From the NCBI RefSeq assembly GCF_009914755.1, contig NC_060925.1: DNA of 64,000 bases; one strand, 5' to 3'. The notes under the pieces were generated by a model. It searched no databases. It was given only the letters and a program-made list of their open reading frames with translations, and was not told the DNA's origin. The position numbers and the translations under genes are program-made. This document shows positions 25,922-37,925 of this stretch, in pieces; position 1 is the first letter of the stretch, and every line of letters begins with the position of its first letter. This DNA comes from the human T2T-CHM13v2.0 reference genome, Homo sapiens.

Positions 25922-28146
25922 CTTTTTTTAAAATTTTTATTTTAGGTTCAGGGATAAATGTTTAGGCTTGTTATACAGGTAAATTGCATGTCACGCGGGT
26001 TTGGTATACAGATTATTTCATCACCCAGGTAATAAGCATAGTACCTGACAGAGAGATTTTTCAATCCCCTCCCACCTGTCACCCTCCACCCTCAAGTAGT
26101 CCCCTGTTGTCCTCTTCTTTGTGTCCATGTGTTTTCAATGGTTAACTCCTACTTACAGGTGAGAATATGCAGTATTTATTTTCTTTTCCTGCATTCGTTC
26201 ACTTAGGATAATGGCCTCTAGTTCCATTCATGTTGCTGCAAAAGATATGATCTCATTCTTTTCTATGGCTGCGTAGTATTCCATGGTATATATGTACCAC
26301 ATTTTCTTTATACAGTGTACCATTGATGGGCATTTAGGTTGACTTCATGTCTTTGCTATTGCTATTGCTATTGTGAGCAGTGTTGCAAAGAACATACACA
26401 TGCATGTGTTTTTATGGTAGAATGATTTGTATTCCTTTACGTATAAACCCAATAATGGGATTGCTGAGTCAAATGGTAGTTCTCTTTTAAGTTCTTTGAG
26501 AAATTGCCACACTGCTTTCCACAATGACTGAACTAATTTACATTCCCACCAGAAGTGTATAAGTATTCTATTTTCTCTCCAACCTCACCAGAATCTGTGT
26601 TTTTTGTTTGTTTGTTTGTTTTTACGTTTTAATAACAGCCACTTTGACTGGTGTGAGATGCTATCTCATTATGGTTTTGATTTGCATTATGAGTGTCTTA
26701 TCATATGCTTGTTGGCCACATCTATGTCTTCTTTTGAAAAGTGTCTGTTCACGTCTTTTGCCCACTTTTTCACGGGATGTTTGTTTTTTGCTTGTAAATT
26801 TGTTTAAGTTCCTTACAGATTTGGGATATTAGACCTTTGTCAGATACACAGTCTGCATATATTTTCTCCCTGCTGTAACTTGTCAGTGTACTGTGTTGAT
26901 AGTTTCTTTTGCTGTGCAGAAGCTCTCAACAGATGCAGAAAAGACTTTCAATAAAATTCAGCATCCCTTCAACTAAAAAACCCTTAACAAAGTAGGCATT
27001 GAAGGAACACACCTCAAAATAATAAGAGCCATCTATTATAAGCCTATAGCCAACATCATCCTGAATGGGCAAAAGCTAGAAGCATTCCCCTTGGGAACCA
27101 GAACAAGACAAGGATGCCACATTGTACTGGAATTCCTAGCCAGAGCAGTAAGGCAAGAAAAAGAAATAAAAGGCATTCAAATAGAAAGACAGTATAAGTC
27201 AAACTATCTCTGTTTGCAGATGATATGATTCTATACCTAGAAAAACCCATAGTTTCGGCCTCAAAGTTCCTAGATCTGATAAACAAATAGAGGAAATTTT
27301 CAGGATATGAAATCAATGTACAACAAAAATCAGTAGCATTTCTATACACCAACAAGATCCAAGCTGAAAGCCAAAGCAAGAACACAACCTTATTCACAAT
27401 AGCCACAAAAAGAATAAAATACCGAGAAATACTGTTAACCAGGCAGGTGAAAGACCTCTACAACAAGAATTACAGAATGTTGCTCAAGGAAATAAAAAAT
27501 GACACACACAAATGGGAAATATTCCATGCTAATGGAGAGGAAGAATCAATATTGTTAAAATGGCCATACTGCCCAAAGTAATTTATAGGTTCAGTGCTAT
27601 TCCAATCACACTACCCATGATATTCTTCACAAAATTAGAAAAAAACTATTTTAAACTTATATGGAATCAAAAAGAGCCCAAATAGCCAAGGAAATCCCAA
27701 GCAAGAAGAACAAAGCTGGAGGCATCACATTATCCAACTTCAAACTATACTACAAGTCTACAGCAAGCAGAACAGCATGGTACTAGTACAAAAGCAGACA
27801 CATAGACCAGTGGAACATAATAGAAAGCCCAATAATAATGTCACATACCTACAACAATGTGATCTCCAACAAAGTTGACAAAATCAAGCAATGAAGAAAG
27901 GACTCTGTATTCCATGAATGGTGCTGGGATAACTGGTTAGCCATATAAAGAAGATTGAAACTAGATCCCTTCCTTACACCATGTACAAAAATCAGTTCAA
28001 GATGGTTTAAAGACTTAAATGTAAAGTCTAAAACTATAAAAAATCCTGGACAAAAACCTAGGAAATTCTAGACATAGGCTCTGGCAAAGATTTCATGATG
28101 CAGGCACCAAAAGCAATTGCAACAAAACAAAAATTGACAAATACGA
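25922..28146 (-). mobile_element. L1PA (older L1PA-type) with a 5' inversion
   Basis: Minus-strand 3' end at 25922-26926 joined to a plus-strand ORF2 segment at 26927-28146. Degenerate TSD catccttcaacttt / catcttttcatttt. Confidence 0.9.
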
Positions 28147-31100
28147 CATCTTTTCATTTTCAACTTCTATGTGTCTTTAAGTCTAAAGTAAATCTCTTAT
28201 AGACAGTATGTAGTTAGATCTTGTTGTTGTTGTTGTTTTATCCATTCAGTCACTTTATGTCATTTCATTGGTGAGTTTAATTCATTTACATTTAAAGTAA
28301 TTATTGTTAGGGAAGGTCTTACTCTTGCCATTTTCTTAAGTATTTTAAGCCTATCTTGTAGCTCTGTTGTTCCGCTTTTCTACTCTTGCTGTCTTCCTTC
28401 ATATTTCAATGATATGAAAGGCTAGTAACATGCTTTGATTCCTTTCATTTCCTGTTGTGTATTTTCTATAGGTATTTTCTTTGTGGTTACCACAGGGCAT
28501 ACATAAAACATCTTATATCTATAAAAATCTATTTTAAACTGGTAACAGTTTATCGTAATTGCAGACAAAAACTCAAAACTTTTACCTTCCCACCATTTTA
28601 TATCGTTGATAACAGAAATTACACCTTTTTATAGCATGTATCCATTAACATATTATTGTAGCTATAGTTACTTTTTATTCTTTTGTTTTATAATTTCTTT
28701 TAGAATTAAAAATGATTTATGTACCACCATTACAGTATTACAATATTCTGTATATTTCTATGCAGATAGATTTACCAGTAAGCTTTATACTTTCATATGT
28801 TTTCATGATGCTGTTTAGCATTCTTTTATTGCAACTTGAAGGACTCTGACTTTTCTTTTAGGGCAGGTCTAAAGACGATGAACTCTTTCAGGTTATGTTT
28901 ACCTGGGAAAGGTTTTATCTGTCCTTTACTTTTGAACGACACTTTGCTGGATATTATAGTATTCTAAGTTGGCAGTGTTTTTTTGTTTTAATGACAGCTC
29001 TTTGAATATATTAACCCACTCCCTTCTGGTCTATAAGTTTCTCCTGAGAAATCTGCTGACAGCCTTGTGCAGACTCTTTTGTATATGATGAGTTGCTTTT
29101 CTCCTGGTGCTTTCAAAATTCTCTTTTGTCTTTGTCTTTTGACAATTTGATTTTAATGTCTCAGTGTGGATTTCTTTGCATTCATCCTACATTAAATCTG
29201 TTGAGCTTTTTAAATATAGATATTTATTTTCCTCTTCAGAGTTTGGAACTTTTTGGTTATTATTTTTTGAAATAATTGCTTGGCCTCTTTCTCATTTTGT
29301 TCCTCCAAAACTTTCATAATGAATATATTGACTTATAAATAGTACCCCATAAGTCCCTTAGGGTTTCTTCACTCTTTCATTCTTTTTAAATTTTTGTTCC
29401 TTTGATTGGATAGTTTCAAATGACATATCTCAGCATTCACAGATTATTTTTTTCTGCTTGATCAAATCTGCAGTTTAACCCCTGTAGTGAATTTCTTCAG
29501 GTTATCATATCCTTCAGCTCCAAAATTTTTGCTTTTTCTTTTTAAACATATTTTCTGTATCTTTGTTTAAAGATTTTTGTTCATGGATCATTCTCCTGAG
29601 CTCATTAAGCATCTTGATGACAGTAATTTTCAATTATTTTTCAAATATATTGCATGCTTTTTTTCTTCAGGATTGATTTCTGAAGATGTACATTGTTCCT
29701 TTACTTTGGCCATGTTTGTTTGTTTCTTCATGTTCTTTGAAGCTTTGTGTTTATATCTATGCATTTGAAAAAACAGCCACATTTCCCAAAGACTAATGAA
29801 GACTTCTACAAAGACTAACAAGTAGTCTTCGTAGACTAACACTATAGAGAGAAAGACTTTTATTGGTCAGCCCAGCTAGAGAATCTGGAGACCTCTCAAA
29901 CCTTTCCTGTGAATGTATTTTCTCTGGACTTGTGCATCTAAAGCCCCAATTAGAGGGATTTGTTGGTTACTTTTATTCAGGAACTCATAATCTCTTGTGC
30001 ACTCTGGTGTATGTGGCTTTACAAGTTCTTAGTACTAGAAGAGGAAGCTGTCCCATGCTCTCTGGTTCCCAGTGGCCATCAAGTAGCTCCCTGTCCACAC
30101 CCTTAGTCATTCTAGACCGCTATCAGTTCCTCAAGCAGTCCTCCAGAAAGCTGAATTGTAGGGTACACACTCTGCTCCTCTCCCTCTCTCCCATTCTGTG
30201 TGAGGTATGAGGTGAGACAAAAGCCAATCCCTCAAGCGATTCTCAAAAAACACATGGCGTTGCAGGCAAATTCCATTTTTCTCTCTTTCTCCTTGAGAAG
30301 AAGACTCAGATTGAGCACCTTCTCTCAATCATGCAAATCCATGCCAGCTGTAGGCAACTCTCTGCTTTCTGTTGTCTCTGCTACCCCCAGGCCTACAACC
30401 TGTGCTAGTTCCTACAGCACTCCAGCTGAGAAAGTAGTTAAGGGAGAAATCAGTCCCTTAGGGAGTTCTCCAAAAAGCTCGGACATTGGAGGCAAACTCC
30501 ATTTCTCTTTCTACCTTCTGGGGGAGAAGTCTCAGATTAGAGCCTTCTCCCAATCATGCAAAGCGGTACTAATGGCTGCAGGCTGCCAGCCACTTTCTGC
30601 TATTCTCAGTTGCCTTCAGGCCTCCAACCTATGTCATGTCAGTTCTATCTGTATTCTGAATGAGAAGTGAGGTGAAACAGAAACCAGTCTCTTATGTAGG
30701 GCTCCATAAAGTCAGAATGTTGGATTCTCTTTCTTTCCCCCAAGGCAGAGTCACATGCCAGGGCTTTCTCTATATATACTGAGCTGTATGGGCTTAGGGC
30801 AAGAGCTATCACAGGTATAGTGAAATTGTTCTTCTTACACATTTCATTTAAGCTCTTCTCAGCTTTGTGCTCACCTGAGGTATTGCAACTTCTTAACTGG
30901 ATTCTGGAAACCTCATAAAACTATTTTGGTCGGTGTATCATTGTTAAACCATTATTTAAAGAATGAGGATGGAGACTTCCTATCATGCAGACAGCACTAC
31001 TTTTTAAATAGCAATTACTACATATATTAGCAAAAACTTTCGCCCAATATGTCAAGATGTTAGTTCTCTTTGTATACCTAGAACATTAAATCTCTAAAGC

Positions 31101-31214
31101 TATGTTCCTGTGTTAGACTTCTCTCTTCCCGCTATGTGCTTATTGCTGTACCAGGCAATAGGCACAAAGAGGTTTGCAATAAGATGTCATTGTCTATAAG
31201 AGATAACTTTTGAG

Positions 31215-31490
31215 GAGAAGCAGTATATGAAAAGGGTAAGAGTGTAAGCTTTTGCATCAGAAAAACCTGGGTTTAAAGTATGCCTCTTATAGCTTCTGGA
31301 ATGTAGATAAAATATATAATCTCTCTAATGCAGTTTTGTCATTAGAAAAATGGAGTGATAATACTATCTAACTACTACTGTTACAATAAGGACTAAATAA
31401 GGTAATATGTGTCAAGTTCTTAGCCAAGTGTCTGGCACACATACAGTTAAATGCTTAATATTCAAAATGTGTTGAATATTGTTTTCATTG
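31215..31490 (+). mobile_element. MIR SINE
   Basis: gcagtat...gtaagagtg...acctgggtt...aaaaatggagtgataata...tctggcacac. Confidence 0.7.
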
Positions 31491-32764
31491 TTTTGCCAGA
31501 TTTAGTAATAAAAAATGGAATGGCCCTACAAGATAGAGAAAGCTTCTACAATAGCATCAATAAACTCTCATTTCACACTTGCTCTACTGTTACTTTGTTT
31601 TATCTTACTGCTTTCTATTTGTTTTCATCACCTGCATTGTGTTCATTTGAAAATGCACAGGGTCTAAACAAATAAAGTCAAGAAAAAATACAAAAGCTGT
31701 TTTGAAAGAATTAGTAAATTTCGACAGAAAGCATATTAATGTTGTAAGATTTGGCATATCTTGGGATTCTGAGATAATTACTAGTGAAAGAAATGAATAG
31801 AAAACTTAATATTTTTAGTTTCACTTCTCTGTTGAATGGATAATATTTTTATTGTATTTTTTAAAAATCGGTGATATTTCTGAAAAATGAGCAATATATG
31901 AAATGATAAATTTATTTAAAAACTCATATAGCTAAATCTAATCAGCTTATGCAATTTTTCTAGTAAAATGATAATTACATATATACAGTTATGTGATTAT
32001 TCATTCTCCAAATCTATATTTTGTGCATGTATTGTTAATGCTCCACTATTTTAATATGCAAAATGCCATAAAATAGCACTGGTGGGGACCTTAGATAGCA
32101 TGTCTCATAGTCTCAATTTGTAGAAAAGAAAACTGGGAAATAAACTCGCTGAGACCTACAAAGATCAGACTGGAAATTAGAAGCAAATCTGGGGCTATAA
32201 TCTTTTCTAATTTATGCTATCTTCATTTTTCACATGATTTATTCACAGCCACAGTCTAAAAGATAAATGTCGGCATTCAATTAAACTAGTACTTTTGACC
32301 TCCCAATTTGTCTATCAGTCTTGCATAATGAAAAAGAAGATTGGTAAAAAGTTATCGATTGTCACTTGGGTCTATTTGTTGGCAAGTAAGGAGTCATCAA
32401 ATACTCCTTATCAAAAAAACACCTGCCTACATTTTATATTTTCTGAAATTTCACTAATTAAATAATTATTTATTTGATTTACATGCGTAAATGCTTCAAA
32501 GATCTATTCAGATGCAAGAACTAATGAAAGTAGAGGAGAAAAAGCCATAAATTCAGGGGTTGACTCATTTACATTGAAAGGCAAAAGAGAAAAAATTAGA
32601 TCTATCAACTGTATGGTCACTCCTGGTGTGCTTGTCTATCTCTCCTATTGGATGAAATACATTTTTAGGACAATGATCAAACTTTATTCATCACTATACC
32701 ATTCACACCTTCTAGTGACTGGCACTAAGTAAGAGATTAATTGTTACATAAATTTTAAAATTTT

Positions 32765-33000
32765 TATTTATTAGGCACCTATTATGTGTAATTCACAGTG
32801 CTGTGCTGTGTATTTTTCAGTATGCTATCTTTTCCAAATTTAACAATACTTTTGAGGTAGCTATTATTTTCTCCCATTTTACAGAAAAGAAACCTGAGGT
32901 AGAGAGATGATAGACAACTTGCCTAAGGTCACACACTTAACAAATGTAGTGCTGGAACTTTAACTCTGGTCCTTGTTTCAAGAGGCACTTCTTTTCCTAC
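32765..33000 (-). mobile_element. MIR SINE
   Basis: cccattttacagaaaagaaacctgagg...acttgcctaaggtcacac. Confidence 0.75.
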
Positions 33001-33302
33001 ACCAAAAAAGCCACAGAGCCCACAGAATTATGGATTATCAGGACTTGAAGATGTCTTTAAACTTATCTAGATACTCAAAACTGGTTATATTAGGGATTAA
33101 AATCACTTTTCTATGCTTCATGGCTTCTTGTTTATTCCCAACAGTAGTGTAAATAAGCTGGTCACATTGATTCCTTTCTCACTATTTATTGAAAGCATGG
33201 ATAATGAATTAAGAATAACTTTGTGGAAGAGAAGAATATTAATAATATTTTATAATATGTTAATAATAAATAATAATGAATTAATAATTAATGAAATAAT
33301 AA

Positions 33303-34118
33303 CCAGGCCTCCATCCTGGTTTGCAGATGTCTGTCTTCTCATTGTACTTTACATGGCAGAGAGGAAGGAACTTCTCAAGTCTCTTTTTATATGGCACTAA
33401 TTGCATTCAAGAGGGATCCACCCTCATGACCTAATTACTTCACCATTTATTGCATAATTACTATGTGTGAGAAATATGAATTAATTTATTCTTTACCATT
33501 GCAAACCTATGAGATAGAAATCATTATTCTAATTTTTACACACAAGGAACTCAAGCTTAAAGACATTACAGGACTTTTCTAAACTCCCACGTGTATAGTA
33601 CAGAAACACAGTGGGCCTCTTGGGCTGCATCTAATAAATTATGCTAATAATGTTACTCATAGTGAGGGAGGAACTGGAGATTGGGTTCAACCATATGGGC
33701 AATTAATCCTTCAGTTATGCCTACCTAATGAAGCCCCAGTAAAAACTCTGAACATGGGAGTTCAAGTGAGCTCCTGGGATGGCAATACTCTGTAGATAGT
33801 GTCGTACATCAATACCAGGAGGTATTCTTTGTCATTAGGACAATAAGAGCTTCACATTTGGAATCCTGTTGGATTCTACCCTACATGTCTCTTTCGTTAG
33901 CTGATTCTATCCTTTCCCTGTAGCAAATATTGTGAGTGCAATAGCTTTCAATAAGTCCTGTGAGTCTTTTGAGTGAATTAGCAAACCTGAGGGTGATTTT
34001 AGGAAACCTTGAACTTACCTCTTGAAGACCCCAGCCACCTCCTAATACCATCACATTGGGGGTTAGGATTTCAACCTATTAAACTGGGAAGTAGGGCATA
34101 AACTTCAAGTCCATAACA
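33303..34118 (-). mobile_element. MLT1A-type LTR split by an insert (~33445-34023)
   Basis: 5' half ...ccaccctcatgacctaattac and 3' half ccacctcctaataccatcacattgggggttaggatttcaac...gtccataaca are normally contiguous. Confidence 0.75.
33610..34020 (+). mobile_element. MER21-type LTR fragment
   Basis: tgcctacctaatgaagccccagtaaaaactctg...ggcaatactc...gagtgaattagcaaacctgagggtg motifs. Confidence 0.7.
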
Positions 34119-35311
34119 GCTTGCTAAGTAGTTCTACCAGATGGCAGTGGCAGCCTGGAAAGGTATCGCCACCTACTGGCATGCACTTGCACTGTGGCTG
34201 CAAATGCTGTTTGTTGGATTTGGCAGGCATTACTATAAATCCCCACCCTAGATTCAGAACTTGAAAGCTGAGTTTTCCTGCAGTCCCAGTGTAAGCTGAG
34301 TCAATTGCCTAGATTCTGAACAATGTTCCCAGGAGTATCCATCTATATTGACCAGCTAAGGCTTGCAATGTCTCCTCCAAAAGGAATGTGGTAAGACTTC
34401 CCTCCAAGTGATATGAAATGGGCTTTATCAATCAGCAAGGCATTACTGACAAGTGGCGGGGTAACTAAGTTATTATTTTCCTTGTACATTTCAGTCTGCT
34501 CCATTGAGTAGAGGGAGGATGCTGTTTAGAGATTCTCATATGTTGTGAGGCACACATGGAGCCAATGTAAACTCTTGTGTTGTTGCTTGCCTTGCTGCTG
34601 TCACAATTTGTCTCCTGATAAAGCAGGATGTAAGGGGTCACACCCATGTAAATCAGTGGCACGATGCTTATAGAAAAAGAAATGAAGAAAGGAACACTTT
34701 ATCCCTGGCCCACCTAATACCCTTGAGAAGGTCATGCAATTGATTCAATAATGTAAAACACTCAGATTGTGCACACATGTCTTATTGGGAACTGCTGCTT
34801 ACCAGCATGCCAAGGGCCTTATGTTCAAAATCCAGAGCCTCAAAAATACTTATAAGGCATTACTACTCTCTTGGAAGTAAATCCAAATCCTTCAGAGGTC
34901 AGTTGGTACACTCTAGAGAAGGAAGCAACCATGTATGAACATGGTCATCCAGGACCACCAGGAGTTTATCAGGTAAACAACCAAAGGGTAAAAGCAGTCA
35001 GGAACAGACAGAAAACTTAAAAAAAAAAAAAACCCAAATCCCAAAACACCTGTCAAATGCAGCTGTACACTATCCTGTTGACTGTTGGTCTCATCAGTAT
35101 TATTCTGATTTCACTGGTCTGCAATCTACAAGCTCAAAGCATCTAAGTAAGCCATTATTTCAACTAAACATGGACAATGGTGAAGCCCACATGCCATTGA
35201 ATTTGGCTAATACAAGCCCTATAACCCAAAGTCTCTACCAGCTTTCCCATCACCAACCAAACCAACAACTGAAGCAAAGGGCCTACAACAAATGGCTAAA
35301 AATACAAGGCA

Positions 35312-35926
<615 letters not shown>

Positions 35927-37222
35927 CTACAGGCTAATGCTGGCACTCCAAACTCAGGCACAGATATTTTATTTGACATATAACCTGGCATCATATTAAT
36001 AACAACCAAATTAGGAAATCTGAATCAAAACCAAATTCCAACAAAACTCCTCTCATTACCCATCTAATAGAAACCTTGGACTAATTAGAAAGTTTTAGAC
36101 ATGGCCATCCTTAATGGGGGCTTAAGTGGTGTCAGTTGGGTCTGGCATATTTGTCCATTACAACAGCATCATGATGCCAATATCACCTTTGCTAGCTGTG
36201 AACCCAAAATCCCTTTGACTTGAAAGATATTTGCAAGCCAGGCTCCCAGGCCTAACATTGCCTCCAAATGACACAAATGGCTCCGTGTCACTATAATACC
36301 ATACAGCCACAAAAGTAAGACCCACATTAATGTGAGTGGACATAAACTTGAAAACAATCCTCAGTCCCACATCCTGGATGACATTGCCCCAACCCAAGAT
36401 TTCATCAATGGAAACGAATTCTTCCCCAGCACCAGAGATGACTTTACCCATGAAGTCAAAGCCTCCATCCCAGTGACACACATGGACTTCTCCTAAGGCC
36501 CTGACAAAGTGGACATGAGACATTTATTGCTTTTCTTCCTCTGACATTGAGGATTCTGTTGCTTAGTCTCATTGTCTGCTTAGCCCATGATCCTGGTATA
36601 CCCCTTGCTTTATGACAAAATACGCACACTCCTCTCTAAAGGAAAATCTGATAGAGGTTACTACTATCTATGACATTCCAAAAATGAATGGAAATTATTA
36701 CTTTCCCCCAGAGGCAACTGCACATTTCAATCAACCCTAGGCCCCTTGAGGAGAGAACTACCCACTCCAGGACTTTCTTCTATTACCCACCTCCAGTTTT
36801 CCACAACAACCTCCTGCCCTGTGTCTTGAATCATGATCATAGTAATCAACCATTTTCATTGGTGATACACAAATATCACTAATCTTTATGTATAATTTAC
36901 TAAACAATCAACCACATACTCTCCAACAACATAACTGCCAGAACACTTTGCCACTTGACACTTTGCAACTCTACCAAGATATTATTAGAGATCCTGGAAA
37001 TTTCAGATCTATTTTCTTGACTAATGCCATATAAATGGGAAACTTGGTTATATGCTGGTCTATAAGAAATGCTTATACTTCTACTCATGGTCTTCTTTTC
37101 TACTCTCATAATAAAATATTTTCTATACTGTTTAAGGCAATTTATGCCCTATTGTCTAAAGGTTTCCCCTGTTATCACCCCAACGTTTTCTTAATATGAT
37201 GCAACAGCATGATAGGGCCAGT

Positions 37223-37750
37223 TGTATTAACCTTGTCTTTTATTTTCTATATTATGATACTGTGACATTTGGGGCCTTGGTAACCCTGGAGAAACTAACT
37301 TCTCCATCCTACCCAGGGTTAGCATAAAGGGAGAGATATATTACTACCTCAATTCCTACAGACAGTAAACAACTCAGTCAGTGAGCATGCTTTTCAAATG
37401 CAAATCAACCAATCTAGAGCTCATATCCTCAACCACCTTCTTTATTGGGCTCTCACACTTTAGGCTATTATTCACCTTCTCTAATCACTGTAGGGCCAGG
37501 TACCAGACAACTTGAAACAGCCCTTATATCCTAAAGACCATTGGAATTATTCAAAATAGCCAATTTGAGGCCTGCTTACCCAGCCTTGCCCATTCCTTCT
37601 CATGGGAACCACAGTAAGATTTCTTGCCCACAGTTTCTCCTTCTCCCTCTCCCTCCTTACCAACCACAGTGCTTCCCTGTGTGCTCCTCTACCCTCACGG
37701 TGTGATTTTGTGTGATGCATTTGTCTCCTTCTCTGTTGCAAGAACCTGAG
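37223..37750 (+). mobile_element. MER74 LTR (ERVL class)
   Basis: tgtattaacc...ggggccttg...caaccaatc...gggccaggtaccagacaac...attattcaaa...gcctgcttaccc hallmark motifs. Confidence 0.85.
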
Positions 37751-37824
37751 GAAAAGGAGAAGCAGAAGGAAGAAATGAATAGACTATTTGGGGATATTTT
37801 GAGCAGAAGTATTTACTCCCACCA

Positions 37825-37925
37825 AAGATCACATTTCAGTTGATCTGGGATGGGCACCAGCATTTGGTATGTTTAAAAAGCTCTTCAGGTGATCTGAATG
37901 TGCAGCCAGACTGAGAACCACAGTG
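37825..37925. mobile_element. MER5A DNA transposon fragment
   Basis: caggtgatctgaatgtgcagccagactgagaaccac terminus. Confidence 0.7.

Larger units (their letters stand above)
22697..30985 (-). mobile_element. Old near full-length L1M (L1MA/MB-type) with nested Alu and L1PA
   Basis: 3'UTR motifs at 23050-23455, reverse ORF2 at 23490-25920 and 28146-28400, ORF1-like region ~28850-29760, 5'UTR with ~230-bp repeats at 30000-30985. Confidence 0.85.

Noticed and set aside
27056-27406. 116-aa hydrophobic ORF
   Set aside because: Antisense reading of L1 ORF2.
36158-36523. 121-aa minus-strand ORF
   Set aside because: Antisense to decayed ERV internal sequence, with no motifs.
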